A stretch of 26,397 bases of DNA from Anaerolineales bacterium UBA6128. Lineage in GTDB: Bacteria > Chloroflexota > Anaerolineae > UBA1429. Below are positions 1 through 9,158 of the stretch, one piece after another. The position numbers and the translations under genes are program-made. Position 1 is the first letter of the stretch, and each line of letters begins with the position of its first letter. The stretch lies in the NCBI GenBank assembly GCA_002423325.1, contig DIVQ01000020.1, positions 1,888-28,284 of the forward strand, given 5' to 3'. Below the pieces are notes generated by a model, which was given only the letters and a program-made list of their open reading frames with translations, was not told the origin of the DNA and searched no databases.

Positions 1-998
1 ACCTGGGCCGCCCCAAGGGCAAGGTTAACGAGTCCATGCGCATGGCGCCGGTAGCCGCGCGCCTAAGCGAACTGCTCGGGCAGGCCGTCAAGACCGTGCC
101 CGACTGCATCGGCCCCGAGGTAACTAAGGCTGCCGCCGGACTCAAGGCTGGCGAGGCATTGTTGCTCGAAAACCTGCGCTTCTACCCTCAGGAAGAGGGC
201 AACGACCCGGAGTTCGCCAAGCAGCTCGCCGCCCTGGCCGACGTTTATGTCAATGACGCCTTTGGCACGGCACACCGCGCGCACGCCTCCACTGCCGGCG
301 TGGCCGCCTACCTTCCCGCCGTGGCTGGCCTCCTGATGGAGAAAGAGATCGAGTTCCTGGGCGAAAAGCTGCGCAACCCCTATCGACCCTACATCGCCAT
401 CCTCGGTGGCGCCAAGATCTCGGACAAGATTGGCGTGATCGAGAACCTGCTGCACAAGGCGGACGCGGTGCTGATTGGCGGAGGCATGGCGAACACCTTC
501 CTCAAGGCGCAGGGCTACAACATGGGCGAGTCGCTGGTTGAGGAGAGCGCCCTGCAGACGGCCGCCGAGCTTTTGGCGCGCGCCGGTCGCCACATCATCC
601 TGCCGGTGGACCTCGTCATTGCCGACGCTTTCTCAGAGCAGGCCCAGACGCGCATCGTGCCTGTGGACCAGGTGCCTGCCAAGTGGCGCGCGCTCGACAT
701 TGGTCCGCTCTCCATCGGCCGTTTGCAGGAAAAGATCCGCTTTGCGGCTACCATCGTCTGGAACGGGCCAATGGGCGTCTTTGAGATGGCCCCGTTCGCT
801 GAGGGCACCTTTGCCGTGGCCCGTGCGATGGCCGAGTCCAAGCACCTCACGATTGTCGGCGGCGGCGATTCGGCGGCAGCCGTAGCCCAGGCCGGCGTGG
901 CCGACAAGATCAAGCACATCTCCACTGGCGGCGGCGCGTCGCTCGAGTTCCTGGAAGGCAAGGAACTGCCAGGCATCGCTGTGCTGGCGGACAAATAG
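1..998 (+). CDS. pgk: phosphoglycerate kinase, 5'-truncated by window edge (codon phase starts at nt 3; about 60 N-terminal residues missing)
   Basis: The translation from nt 3 reads [18 protein letters not shown]... The GRPKG Pgk signature, the [16 protein letters not shown] segment and the C-terminal [28 protein letters not shown] are all diagnostic. TAG stop at 996-998. Confidence 0.9.
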   Translation, partial: LGRPKGKVNESMRMAPVAARLSELLGQAVKTVPDCIGPEVTKAAAGLKAGEALLLENLRFYPQEEGNDPEFAKQLAALADVYVNDAFGTAHRAHASTAGVAAYLPAVAGLLMEKEIEFLGEKLRNPYRPYIAILGGAKISDKIGVIENLLHKADAVLIGGGMANTFLKAQGYNMGESLVEESALQTAAELLARAGRHIILPVDLVIADAFSEQAQTRIVPVDQVPAKWRALDIGPLSIGRLQEKIRFAATIVWNGPMGVFEMAPFAEGTFAVARAMAESKHLTIVGGGDSAAAVAQAGVADKIKHISTGGGASLEFLEGKELPGIAVLADK

Positions 999-1020
999 CG
1001 CACAACACACAGGAGCGACC

Positions 1021-2004
1021 GTGAGCAGTCGGATCAGACGTCTCGGAGTGCTGACCAGTGGGGGCGACAGCCCCGGCTACAATCCCTGCGTGCGCGCGGT
1101 CGTACGGGCCGCCCTGCACCAGGGATGGGAGGCGTGGGGCGTCAAGCGGGGCTATGCAGGGCTGCTGCGCGGCGAGATTGTGCAGCTCAACAGCCGCTCG
1201 GTCAGCGGCATCATTGCCAACGGCGGCACGTTCCTGGGTGCCTCGCGCAGCGCACACTTCGACTCGCCTCAGGGCATGCGCGAGGCCCTGCGTAACCTCA
1301 ACGAGATCGGCATCGACGCGCTGATCGTGATCGGCGGCGATGGCAGCCTGCGCGGGGCGCTGGCGCTGGAAGAAGCCGGCATCCCCACCGTCGGCATCCC
1401 CGGCACTATCGAGAACGACGTCCCGGGCACCGACATGGCCATCGGCGTCGATACCGCACTCAACACGGCGCTCGACGCGATGGACCGCATCCGAGACACC
1501 GCCACTTCACACCAGCAGGTGTTCATGATCGAGATGATGGGCGCCCGCTCGGGATACCTGGCCCTGGTCGCCGGCATCGCTGGCGGTGCAGAGATGGCCT
1601 GTATCCCCGATGTGCCCTTTACCCTGGAGCAGGTCGAGCGCGAAGTCGCGGCTGCCTATGTGCGAGGCAAAAAGCACTGCATCATCACGGTGGCCGAAGG
1701 CGCCGAGCCGCACGCCGCCGAGATCGCCGCGTACCTCGAAGCGCACGCCGAACAGACCGGTTTTGGGGTGCGACTGAGCACGCTCGGGCACATTCAGCGC
1801 GGTGGATCGCCCATGGCCTACGACCGCATTCTGGCCACGCGCTTTGGGGCTGCGGCCGTCGAGCATCTCAGCCAGGGGCACCACGGCCTGATGGTCGGCA
1901 TCATCGACGGACAACTCTGCACCACACCTCTCAGCGAGGTGACGACCAGCCTGCGCGCCATCGACGTGGAGCAACTCGGCTTTGCCGGCATCCTGGCGCG
2001 CTGA
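1021..2004 (+). CDS. pfkA: ATP-dependent 6-phosphofructokinase (327 aa), GTG start
   Basis: Motifs GVLTSGGDSPGYN, IVIGGDGSL, GIPGTIENDV and MGARSGYLAL are present. AGGAGC sits 8 nt upstream of GTG 1021, which lies 22 nt after the pgk stop. TGA at 2002-2004. Confidence 0.9.
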   Translation: MSSRIRRLGVLTSGGDSPGYNPCVRAVVRAALHQGWEAWGVKRGYAGLLRGEIVQLNSRSVSGIIANGGTFLGASRSAHFDSPQGMREALRNLNEIGIDALIVIGGDGSLRGALALEEAGIPTVGIPGTIENDVPGTDMAIGVDTALNTALDAMDRIRDTATSHQQVFMIEMMGARSGYLALVAGIAGGAEMACIPDVPFTLEQVEREVAAAYVRGKKHCIITVAEGAEPHAAEIAAYLEAHAEQTGFGVRLSTLGHIQRGGSPMAYDRILATRFGAAAVEHLSQGHHGLMVGIIDGQLCTTPLSEVTTSLRAIDVEQLGFAGILAR

Positions 2005-2036
2005 CACCCTCTGCGACAAACCAATACACGCAAAAA

Positions 2037-2062
2037 GGGGCGAACGGACTGTTCGCCCCTTT
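2037..2062. terminator. bidirectional rho-independent terminator between convergent pfkA and gpmA
   Basis: GGGGCGAAC (2037-2045), loop GGACT, GTTCGCCCC (2051-2059) and then TTT. An A-run precedes the stem (aaaaa 2032-2036), so it can work on both strands. Confidence 0.6.
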
Positions 2063-2109
2063 ACTGTGCACAGATTGGCTGCGCGACGGTCGCCCGCGCG
2101 CCCCCGGCA

Positions 2110-2859
2110 CTACTTTTTGCGCTTGGCCTGCGCCGCCACGGCCGCGGCCGCCTTGGCTGCCGCCTCGGGGTCTCCCAGGTAATAGTGCTTGATCGGCTTG
2201 AGATCCGCATCAAGCTCATACACCAGCGGGATGCCCGTGGGGATGTTGAGGCCAACGATCTCTTCATCCGAGATATCGTCCAGGTACTTGACAAGTGCAC
2301 GCAGACTGTTGCCGTGCGCCACCACCAGTACGCGCTTGCCCGCGAGGATCGCGGGCGCGATCGTCTCGTGCCAGTAGGGCAGCATGCGCCGTACCGTGTC
2401 CCTCAGGCACTCTGTGGCCGGAACATCCTCGGGCGCCATGTCGGCGTAGCGCGGGTCGTGACGTGGATGGCGTGGGTCATCGTCTGTCAGCGCTGGCGGT
2501 GGCACATCGTAGCTGCGCCGCCACACCAGCACCTGGTCGTCGCCATGCAACGTGGCGGTCTCTGCCTTGTTCAGGCCCTGCAGGGCGCCATAGTGACGCT
2601 CGTTCAGCCGCCACGACCTGTACACCGGGATCCACATCGCGTCCATCTCTTCCATGATGATCCACAGCGTCTTGATCGCGCGCTTGAGCACCGACGTGTA
2701 GGCCACGTCGAACACATAACCGTCATGCTTGAGCAGATTGCCACCGTCGGTGGCCTCCTGCACGCCCCGCTCCGTCAACCCAACATCGGTCCAGCCTGTA
2801 AAGCGGTTCGACAGGTTCCAGACGCTCTCTCCGTGCCGCACCAACACCAGCTTGTACAT
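2110..2859 (-). CDS. gpmA: 2,3-bisphosphoglycerate-dependent phosphoglycerate mutase (249 aa from [15 protein letters not shown])
   Basis: The LVRHGES, RFTGW and [10 protein letters not shown] motifs and the Ala/Lys-rich C-terminal tail are typical of GpmA. The ORF-track ORF 2110-2904 extends 15 codons further upstream; the ATG at 2859-2857 is chosen by homology with the GpmA N-terminus. Confidence 0.88.
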   Translation of the reverse strand: MYKLVLVRHGESVWNLSNRFTGWTDVGLTERGVQEATDGGNLLKHDGYVFDVAYTSVLKRAIKTLWIIMEEMDAMWIPVYRSWRLNERHYGALQGLNKAETATLHGDDQVLVWRRSYDVPPPALTDDDPRHPRHDPRYADMAPEDVPATECLRDTVRRMLPYWHETIAPAILAGKRVLVVAHGNSLRALVKYLDDISDEEIVGLNIPTGIPLVYELDADLKPIKHYYLGDPEAAAKAAAAVAAQAKRKK

Positions 2860-2955
2860 CGTCTCACTCCGTTCGTGTAAAGTCCATCCTGACATGCGCT
2901 GCAAGCTATTGTGCCCCGGCCGGCCCGGCCTGTCAAAACCGCCGCCTGCCGACGC

Positions 2956-4229
2956 CTATTCCTCATCCAGCAGGCGTCGCTCGCCCTGCAGGCTGCGCAG
3001 ATGCGTCAGGTCCTGCGTCGTCTCTATGACGCCACGGTACTTGCCGTCCGGCGAACGCACCGCCGCATAGTGGATGTAGACAAAGCGCCCGCCCATCTGG
3101 ATCCAGAATTCGGCCGAGTCGCGTGTGCCCTGACGCAACTCCTCGATCAGCTTGTTGACCACGTGCACGCTGGCCGGCGGATGGCAGTTCTGAACCTTGC
3201 GGCCAATGATCTGTGGCGTGCGCGCAAAGACGCGCTCCGCGCCCTGCGAGTAGTAGCGCACCGTGTCGTTCTCGTCGACGAAAGTAACGTCCACTGGCAG
3301 CCGCGCCAGCAGCAAGTTGACCTGCTCGGCCGTCAACACGCCGGTATCCAGGTTGAGCGCGCCCGTGGGCGCCGCACCGGTGGGCGCCGCGCCCGTGGGC
3401 GCCGCACCGGTGGGCGCCGCGCCCGTGGGCGCCGCACCGGTGGGCGCCCCGTAGGCAGACGCAGGCAGGGCGGCCGCCTCTACGCCCTGCGGCTGCCACT
3501 GGTCGCCCGGCTGCACCAGGCAGTAGCCAAACTCGTCGCTTTGCTGGCGGATGGCCAGCCATTCGGCATCACTCAGCACCTTGAGCGCGGTGGGGAACAG
3601 GATGTGCTCCTGCTTGTAGATCAGTCCTTCGATGGCGGCAGCCAGCGGCTCCAGCGCCGCGCGGATGGCTGCGGCATCGCCCGCGCCCACCGCTGCGTGC
3701 AGCGTCTTCAGGTGGGACGGATGTCATCCTGGATGCCCCACATCACCGTCGATGGCCCGCTCACGCCGTGGCGCTCCAGCACGGGGAACAGCAGGTTCTC
3801 CAGGCGGTCGTAGGCGCGCGTGACCTCGCTCAGTTGCCGGGTGTGGGTGCGCGTGCGCGCCAGGGCCTCGGGCGCGGGCAACTGCGCCACTACCTCCTTG
3901 AGCAGCTTGAGCACCTCGGCGGCCGCAAAGTTCTCATACTTCCAAGTGTGCACGGGGTGGCCGGGGGTCATCTCGGGGCTGGTCTGCCCGTCGAGCGACT
4001 CCCGAAAGACCGACACGTGCACGTCGCACAGCGCCTGCACGTCCTCGGCGGGCAAGCCTTCGCTGATCAGTTCCTGCTCGATGCGCGCGATTTCAACCGC
4101 GCTGACGTCACCCACCAGCGTCCGAAAACGGCCTTTGACCTCCTCGACGTCACCCCCACTGTGCAGGTCGAGGATCATGGACTTGACCGCCTGTTTGCGT
4201 TTCTCGCTATTGTTGATATGCTCGCTCAT
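2956..4229 (-). pseudogene. DUF438 domain protein with C-terminal PAS-like domain, interrupted by a 1-nt frameshift near 3708-3726 (N-part 4229..3708, C-part 3726..2956)
   Basis: The N-part reads MSEHINNSEKRK...GPSTVMWGIQDDIRPT*, which is the DUF438 N-terminal pattern. The C-part continues in another frame as ...HPSHLKTLHAAVGAGDAAAIRAALEP... through a PAS-like C-terminus (VDVTFVDENDTVRYYSQGAERVF...). The two frames overlap over 3708-3726 and differ by 1 nt. RBS GAAGGGAG lies before ATG 4229. Confidence 0.6.
3359..3448. repeat. perfect 30-bp x3 tandem repeat (unit gcgcccgtgggcgccgcaccggtgggcgcc), in-frame inside the DUF438/PAS gene, encoding (APTGA)6
   Basis: Read directly from the sequence: units at 3359-3388, 3389-3418 and 3419-3448. 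The minus-strand translation is APTGAAPTGAAPTGAAPTGAAPTGAAPTGA. Confidence 0.9.
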
Positions 4230-4351
4230 GCTGCTCCCTTCAGAAAACCAGTATCTCTGTACTACTATATCATTATAGCAGCGTGCGCAGCGGCTGTATG
4301 TGACGACGGTCACAGTACGCCGCGAACCCTGACCGATCGAAGAGGAACCCC

Positions 4352-4525
4352 ATGCGCGACCCGCGTTGTTGGCGCGAAGTGTTTATCCGTGGCGGCATCA
4401 TGACCATCGTAGCCGCTACGAGCTACTTTTTCCTGAACGCACCAGCCCTGATCTGGCTGCTGCCGGTGGTCATCGGCGCGCTGGTGGTGCTGCGCTGGAC
4501 TCTGCGCCCCCCGGATGAGCCCTAG
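4352..4525 (+). CDS. small hydrophobic protein, 57 aa (MRDPRCWREVFIRGGIMTIVAATSYFFLNAPALIWLLPVVIGALVVLRWTLRPPDEP), absent from the ORF track because <60 aa
   Basis: GAGGAA RBS at 4341-4346, 5-6 nt before ATG 4352; TAG at 4523-4525. Two predicted TM helices. Divergent from the DUF438 gene and convergent with the fucosidase gene. Confidence 0.4.
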   Translation: MRDPRCWREVFIRGGIMTIVAATSYFFLNAPALIWLLPVVIGALVVLRWTLRPPDEP

Positions 4526-4551
4526 CGGCAGCACTCCAAGAACGGACGGCA

Positions 4552-5820
4552 TCAGGCGGTTGGCTCAGCCTCTCGCTGCTCGAGAATCGGCGTCACGATG
4601 CCCTGCGGGACCCCCGTCGTAAAGTTGGCCAACCCGGCGGCATAGCTGATCGCGCGCGGCTCGCCCTCCACCTCGATCACGATGACCGTGTCGATCGGGT
4701 TAAGCACCTTGGCTGGCAGGTTCTTCAGGAACAGACGGTCGCCGTTCTGCTCAAAGGCCACGTCGTCGCCCGTCTCCAGCATGTGCACCGACTGGACGCG
4801 GTTGGCGAAGCGGCTGAAGGTCGCCTCGCGGCCTGGCCAGCGTTCCGTATGCGCATAGACACTGCTGCCCTTGACCGTGAACGGTCCCCACATCGAGCCC
4901 AGTTCGGGCGCGCGTGTGGTGCCATACACCGAGGCGCCGTTCTTCTCCAGCCACGCCCCCACCTGGCGCAGAATCTTGACAGAGGCCGTGGGCACGGTCC
5001 CGTCGGCCTTGGGGCCGATATTGAGTAAAAAGTTGCCGCCGCGCACGCTGCACTGCACCAGCGTCTTGACCACACGCCAGGGGCTCTTCCAGGCAACATC
5101 TCGTGCGCTATAGCCCCAGTTCTCGTTGAGCGTCATGCACGCCTCCCAGGCGCGGCCCTCGCCCTCGGGCTTGATCTCCTGCTCGGGCGTGCCGAAATCC
5201 TCCGGCGTCTGGCTGCGGTTGTTGATCAGGATGCCCGGCTGCAAGTCGCGCGCCATGGCATTCAACGCCTCAGCGCGCCAGTCCTCGGCCGACCCCGGCC
5301 AACCGCCGTCGTACCACAGGATGTCGATCTTGCCATAGTCGGTGCAGAGTTCGCGCACCTGCGCGTGCACATAGTCCGCCATGGCCTTCCAGCCCTCGGG
5401 GTCCTTGGCCGCGCCGGTAAAGCTGGCGGGATAGCGCCAATCGAGCAGCGAGTAGTACAGGCCGACGGGCATGCCTCCGCGGTGACAGGCCTCTACATAC
5501 TCGCGCACCAGATCGCGCTTGGGGCCGAGTTTGGTGGCCGTGAACTCGGACACTTGGCTATCCCACAACGAAAAGCCATCGTGATGTCGGGTCGTGAGCA
5601 CCATGTATTTCATCCCGGCTGATTTGGCCAGGGCCACCCATTCATCCGGGTCGTAGCGCTTGGCGGTGAACTTGTCCGCGTAGGGCGCGTACTCGTCGTG
5701 CGGGATGTGCTCCTGGTACATCACCCACTCGCCGCGCGCCAGCACCGCATAGACGCCCCAATGGATGAACATCCCGAAGCGTGCCTGCTTCCACCACTGC
5801 AACCGATCGACGCAATCCAT
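4552..5820 (-). CDS. alpha-L-fucosidase, glycoside hydrolase family 29 (422 aa)
   Basis: The N-terminal WWKQARFGMFIHWGVYAV, HHDGFSLWDS and a GH29-like catalytic core. ATG at 5820-5818; TGA at 4554-4552. Confidence 0.85.
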   Translation of the reverse strand: MDCVDRLQWWKQARFGMFIHWGVYAVLARGEWVMYQEHIPHDEYAPYADKFTAKRYDPDEWVALAKSAGMKYMVLTTRHHDGFSLWDSQVSEFTATKLGPKRDLVREYVEACHRGGMPVGLYYSLLDWRYPASFTGAAKDPEGWKAMADYVHAQVRELCTDYGKIDILWYDGGWPGSAEDWRAEALNAMARDLQPGILINNRSQTPEDFGTPEQEIKPEGEGRAWEACMTLNENWGYSARDVAWKSPWRVVKTLVQCSVRGGNFLLNIGPKADGTVPTASVKILRQVGAWLEKNGASVYGTTRAPELGSMWGPFTVKGSSVYAHTERWPGREATFSRFANRVQSVHMLETGDDVAFEQNGDRLFLKNLPAKVLNPIDTVIVIEVEGEPRAISYAAGLANFTTGVPQGIVTPILEQREAEPTA

Positions 5821-5910
5821 GTCCCTGCCCCCCCCTTCGTATCACGTCTACCCAGCTATGCTAGCGCGGAACGGGAGGCTGTCAACCACGCCTCCGCGGC
5901 ACCGCTGGGC

Positions 5911-5938
5911 TTGACGCCTGGGTGCCCGCCTCTACAAT
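5911..5938 (+). promoter_or_regulatory. sigma70-like promoter for zupT: TTGACG (5911-5916), 16 nt, TACAAT (5933-5938)
   Basis: Near-consensus hexamers with a 16-nt spacer, about 60 nt upstream of zupT ATG 6000. Confidence 0.45.
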
Positions 5939-5999
5939 ACCACGCAGCGATCGCGACGCGCGCCCGGTTGGGCGTGACCGCGCGTCCACAGGAGGTCTC

Positions 6000-6794
6000 A
6001 TGCTCACCTGGCTTGCCAGCCTGCCCCCCGTGGTTCAGGCGCTGTGCGCCACCCTGTTCACCTGGTTCGTTACCGCGATGGGCGCCCTCCCCGTCTTGTT
6101 CACCAAGACGGTCAGTGACAAGCTGCTCGACACCATGCTCGGCCTGGCCGCCGGCGTGATGATCGCCGCCAGTTTCTGGTCGCTACTGGCGCCCGCCATC
6201 GCGATGTCGAACGGCTCGTGGGCACCCGCGGCCGTCGGCTTTCTGCTGGGAGGCGTGGTGCTGCGCATCATAGACGTGCTGCTGCCGCACCTGCACCCAG
6301 CCGGTGCGGAGGTGGAGGGCCTGCACACCTCCTGGCGCCGCACCACGTTGCTTGTGCTGGCCGTCACGCTGCACAACATCCCCGAAGGCCTGGCCGTAGG
6401 CGTGGCCTTCGGCGCTGCGGCCAGCGGCATTCCCGGCGCCGACCTGGCCGGCGCCATCGCGTTGGCCATCGGCATCGGCCTGCAGAACTTTCCCGAGGGC
6501 ATGGCCGTGGCCATGCCGCTGCGCGGCGAGGGACTGTCGCGCCGCAAAGCCTTCATGTGGGGGCAGTTTTCGGGCATGGTGGAGCCAATCGCCGGCGTCC
6601 TGGGTGCCTGGGCCGTGCTCACGATGCGCTCGCTGCTACCCTACGCGCTGGCCTTTGCGGCGGGCGCCATGATCTTTGTAGTCGTGGAAGAGCTCATCCC
6701 CGAGGCGCAGAGCAAGGGCAACTCGCACCTGGCGACCGCCGGCGCGATGCTCGGCTTTGCAGTCATGATGATCCTGGACGTCGCCCTGGGCTGA
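6000..6794 (+). CDS. zupT: ZIP-family zinc transporter ZupT (264 aa from [10 protein letters not shown])
   Basis: AGGAGG RBS at 5990-5995. Eight predicted TM helices; [10 protein letters not shown] and [10 protein letters not shown] are ZIP signatures. The upstream part of track ORF 5922-6794 is unlikely to be translated. Confidence 0.85.
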   Translation: MLTWLASLPPVVQALCATLFTWFVTAMGALPVLFTKTVSDKLLDTMLGLAAGVMIAASFWSLLAPAIAMSNGSWAPAAVGFLLGGVVLRIIDVLLPHLHPAGAEVEGLHTSWRRTTLLVLAVTLHNIPEGLAVGVAFGAAASGIPGADLAGAIALAIGIGLQNFPEGMAVAMPLRGEGLSRRKAFMWGQFSGMVEPIAGVLGAWAVLTMRSLLPYALAFAAGAMIFVVVEELIPEAQSKGNSHLATAGAMLGFAVMMILDVALG

Positions 6795-6820
6795 TCCAGA
6801 CGTCCCACGGGAGGTGCGGA

Positions 6821-8968
6821 ATGGCCACGCCGAAACCAGAGCTGCTCACCAACGCGCACCTGTCGCTCGCGTTCGAGCCGACCACGGGCGCGCTGCTCAG
6901 CATCCGCAACGCCCACTCCGGCGGCGAAATGCTGCGCGCTCGCAGCGCCCAACGCGGGCCGTTCGCCATCTACCACCGGTTCCACAGCCCCTACGCCGAA
7001 CTCGGCCCCGATACCTCTGCGCACCGCGCCCACACGGAGCCGGCCGACATCGCCGGCGCCGTCTTCAGCCCCGCGACGGCTCTCCCGGCGCGCTTCGCGC
7101 GCACTGCCACGCCCGACGGCGAGACGCTCAGCGTCACCTACTCAGACGCCAACGGGCAATGGCGCGCCCAGCTGACCGTGGCGCTCCCGCGCGACCAGTC
7201 CACCAGCCGATGGGGGCTACGGCTCACCAACCTGGGCACCGAACCGGCCGACTATCTGGGCGTGTTCCCGCTGTTGCCCGGTGTCCGCCTGGGAAACAGA
7301 CGCCGCAACCGGATGATGGTCGCCAACAACGCCGGCTACATCACGCCATTATGGGCGACTCGCGGCGGCGTCTATGGCGATGCAGCGCAGGTCGGCATGC
7401 AGTGGGGCTGCGTCTTTGATGACGATCCCGCCGGCGCGCACGATGCCCTCGCGTTCATCGTGCGCGACCCCGATCTCCGACGCAAGGCGATTCTGTACCA
7501 GCGCCCCGACATCGCTGTGCGCTACTATCCGCCACGCACGCTGCAGCCGGGCAAGAGCGTGACATTCCCCGATGTCGACCTGCTGGTCTACACGGGTGAC
7601 TGGAAGCCGGCCGCGCAGGCTTACCGCGCCTGGTTCGAGCCAGCCTTCCCGCAACGCCCGCTGCCCGGCTGGGTGCGCAACCTCACCAACTGGCGCGGGC
7701 GCTGGTTCTGGCGGCGCGGCCAGGAAATCCCGCCCGAGTACACCGTCGCCGAGACCGTGGCCGACCACCTGACGAGTTTTCGAGAGCTCCCCGACGTCTG
7801 CCGTGGCGGACCGGGAACGCTGTACGAGTACGCGTTCTGGGGGCACGGCTGCATGGGCAGGGAACGCTGCGGCCGCACCCAGGTGCACACCGACGGTGAT
7901 TATGTCATCCGCGAGGACCTGGGCGGAGCCGAGGCCTTGCGTGACGGCATCGCCGCGCTGCATGCGCGCGGCGAACGCTTTCTCTTTTACGTGGAGGCCT
8001 ACCTCTGCCCCAAAGAGAGCGACCTCGTCCGCCACGGCCCCGGCCTGGAGTGGCAGGTGATGCACGCCGACGGCGGCACCGCCGGCCCCTACGACAGCGA
8101 GGGCAAGTGGGTGCACATGTGCCCCGGTGCAGCGGGTTGGCAGGACCACCTGGCAGAATCGTGCGCGCGCCTGCTGCGCGAGACTGGCGCCGATGGCGTA
8201 CGCTTGGATTCGCTCGGCTTTTACGGCTTTCCGTGCTACAACCCGGCGCACCAGCACGCAAACCCGTGGGACTATAACGCGTGGGTGATGACGCTGCTGG
8301 ACAAGGTGGCGCGCGCCACGCGCGCCGTCAACCCCGACGCGTACCTGATGACCGAGGCCGGCCCCGACTTTTTCTCGCATCACTTTGATGGCGCCCTGGC
8401 CTCGCCCTCGGGCCCCGGGCGCATCGCCGTCAGCCGCGATGTGGCCCCCATGCGGATCGCCGTGCCCGGCTACGCGCTGGCGGTCTACAGCGCCGCGGGA
8501 CCGGTGGCGGCGTCGCTCATGGGCTACCCGGGCGGCTGCGGCGGCCGCAACTTGGACGCGCGCTTCTACGAGCTCGACCGGCTCTGGCGCACGGCATCGG
8601 CGCCGGTCTATCCGATCGTGCGCTGGGGCGATGCCGCGCACGACAACCCCACAGCCAGCCGCGCGGACGTGGCCCTGCGGCGCTTCTCCCAGGGCGAGGT
8701 GGACGTAGTGGTGGGCGCGCGCCCGCGCTATCTGGACGACTACCCGCACGATCCGCCCCCCAACGATTGGCTGCGCAACACCAACGTGGCGCTCAAGCGC
8801 AACCGCGTGACCATCGAGGTGCGCGTGCGCCACGCAGGCTGCGCAACGCGGCGCGTAGAGCTGTGTGACGTGCTTCGCCAGCGAACGCGCATAGTGCCCT
8901 TCCGGGTCGAGGGGGATGAGGTGGTGGTCGAGGTGGACGCGAACTGGTTCTGGCTGCGGCTGGCCTAG
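6821..8968 (+). CDS. hypothetical 715-aa protein, possibly a glycoside-hydrolase-like TIM-barrel enzyme (GH-H/amylase-like motif GADGVRLDSLGF)
   Basis: GGGAGGTG RBS at 6808-6815, ATG 6821 (MATPKPELL). The track ORF 6218-8968 shares this frame but its upstream part overlaps zupT and is rejected. The GVRLDSLG (region-II-like Asp) and LMTEAGPD motifs suggest a glycosidase; the function is not assigned. Confidence 0.65.
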   Translation: MATPKPELLTNAHLSLAFEPTTGALLSIRNAHSGGEMLRARSAQRGPFAIYHRFHSPYAELGPDTSAHRAHTEPADIAGAVFSPATALPARFARTATPDGETLSVTYSDANGQWRAQLTVALPRDQSTSRWGLRLTNLGTEPADYLGVFPLLPGVRLGNRRRNRMMVANNAGYITPLWATRGGVYGDAAQVGMQWGCVFDDDPAGAHDALAFIVRDPDLRRKAILYQRPDIAVRYYPPRTLQPGKSVTFPDVDLLVYTGDWKPAAQAYRAWFEPAFPQRPLPGWVRNLTNWRGRWFWRRGQEIPPEYTVAETVADHLTSFRELPDVCRGGPGTLYEYAFWGHGCMGRERCGRTQVHTDGDYVIREDLGGAEALRDGIAALHARGERFLFYVEAYLCPKESDLVRHGPGLEWQVMHADGGTAGPYDSEGKWVHMCPGAAGWQDHLAESCARLLRETGADGVRLDSLGFYGFPCYNPAHQHANPWDYNAWVMTLLDKVARATRAVNPDAYLMTEAGPDFFSHHFDGALASPSGPGRIAVSRDVAPMRIAVPGYALAVYSAAGPVAASLMGYPGGCGGRNLDARFYELDRLWRTASAPVYPIVRWGDAAHDNPTASRADVALRRFSQGEVDVVVGARPRYLDDYPHDPPPNDWLRNTNVALKRNRVTIEVRVRHAGCATRRVELCDVLRQRTRIVPFRVEGDEVVVEVDANWFWLRLA

Positions 8969-9011
8969 CCTGGGCCTTGTGGGCGTCGGTCGCGGTTCAT
9001 GTTGCCGCGTA

Positions 9012-9033
9012 GGGGCGGCTCGCGAGCCGCCCC
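9012..9033. other. perfect 22-bp palindrome GGGGCGGCTCG|CGAGCCGCCCC (11-bp stem) with no U-tract
   Basis: Read directly; it lies 44 nt after the 715-aa gene stop and just before the first zupT-3' remnant. It may be a terminator hairpin or a recombination site. Confidence 0.4.
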
Positions 9034-9047
9034 CCTACAACCCCAGG

Positions 9048-9108
9048 CATGCTGTACCTTAGCCTGGGCTTTGCCATCATGATGATCGTCGACGTCGCCC
9101 TCGGGTGA
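9048..9108 (+). pseudogene. degenerate remnant of the zupT 3' end (..LSLGFAIMMIVDVALG*)
   Basis: Compare with zupT 6744-6794 (..[15 protein letters not shown]). Same orientation, and ends with TGA at 9106-9108. Confidence 0.55.
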
Positions 9109-9140
9109 GCATACTGTTCAAAGCCCGCTTGTGCCACCCG

Positions 9141-9158
9141 CTGCAACAAGAGTTGCAG
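9141..9158. promoter_or_regulatory. inverted repeat CTGCAAC-aaga-GTTGCAG flanked by direct repeats GCCCGCTTG (9123-9131, 9159-9167), upstream of the acquired membrane-protein gene
   Basis: Read directly; it is 45 nt upstream of ATG 9203 and is a possible operator. Confidence 0.3.

Noticed and set aside
2110-2160. Ala/Lys-rich C-terminal tail of GpmA (..[17 protein letters not shown])
   Set aside because: A similar A/K-rich tail (..AAKAAAVANQGKAK) is a normal feature of dPGM-type GpmA.
3359-3448. The 30-bp x3 tandem repeat as a possible CRISPR array or minisatellite outside genes
   Set aside because: The units are directly adjacent with no spacers, lie in-frame within a coding sequence and translate to a Pro/Thr/Gly/Ala linker. 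There are no cas genes nearby.
4310-4552. 80-aa minus-strand ORF antisense to the small two-TM ORF
   Set aside because: It has no RBS, has an Arg/His-rich composition and overlaps the better-supported plus-strand smORF; it is probably spurious.
6218-6820. N-terminal 201 codons of track ORF 6218-8968, which overlap zupT in another frame
   Set aside because: That region is fully explained by zupT. The 715-aa protein has a proper RBS and ATG at 6821, just after the zupT stop.
7349-8833. Long antisense ORFs throughout the window (e.g. 7349-8833 -, 11009-13207 +, 14862-16247 +, 17002-18099 +, 20680-21873 -, 21875-22675 -, 2911-3813 +, 2963-3562 -)
   Set aside because: They overlap well-supported genes on the opposite strand. 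They are Arg/Ala/Gly/Pro-rich with low complexity, typical of stop-poor frames in high-GC DNA, and carry no recognisable domains.
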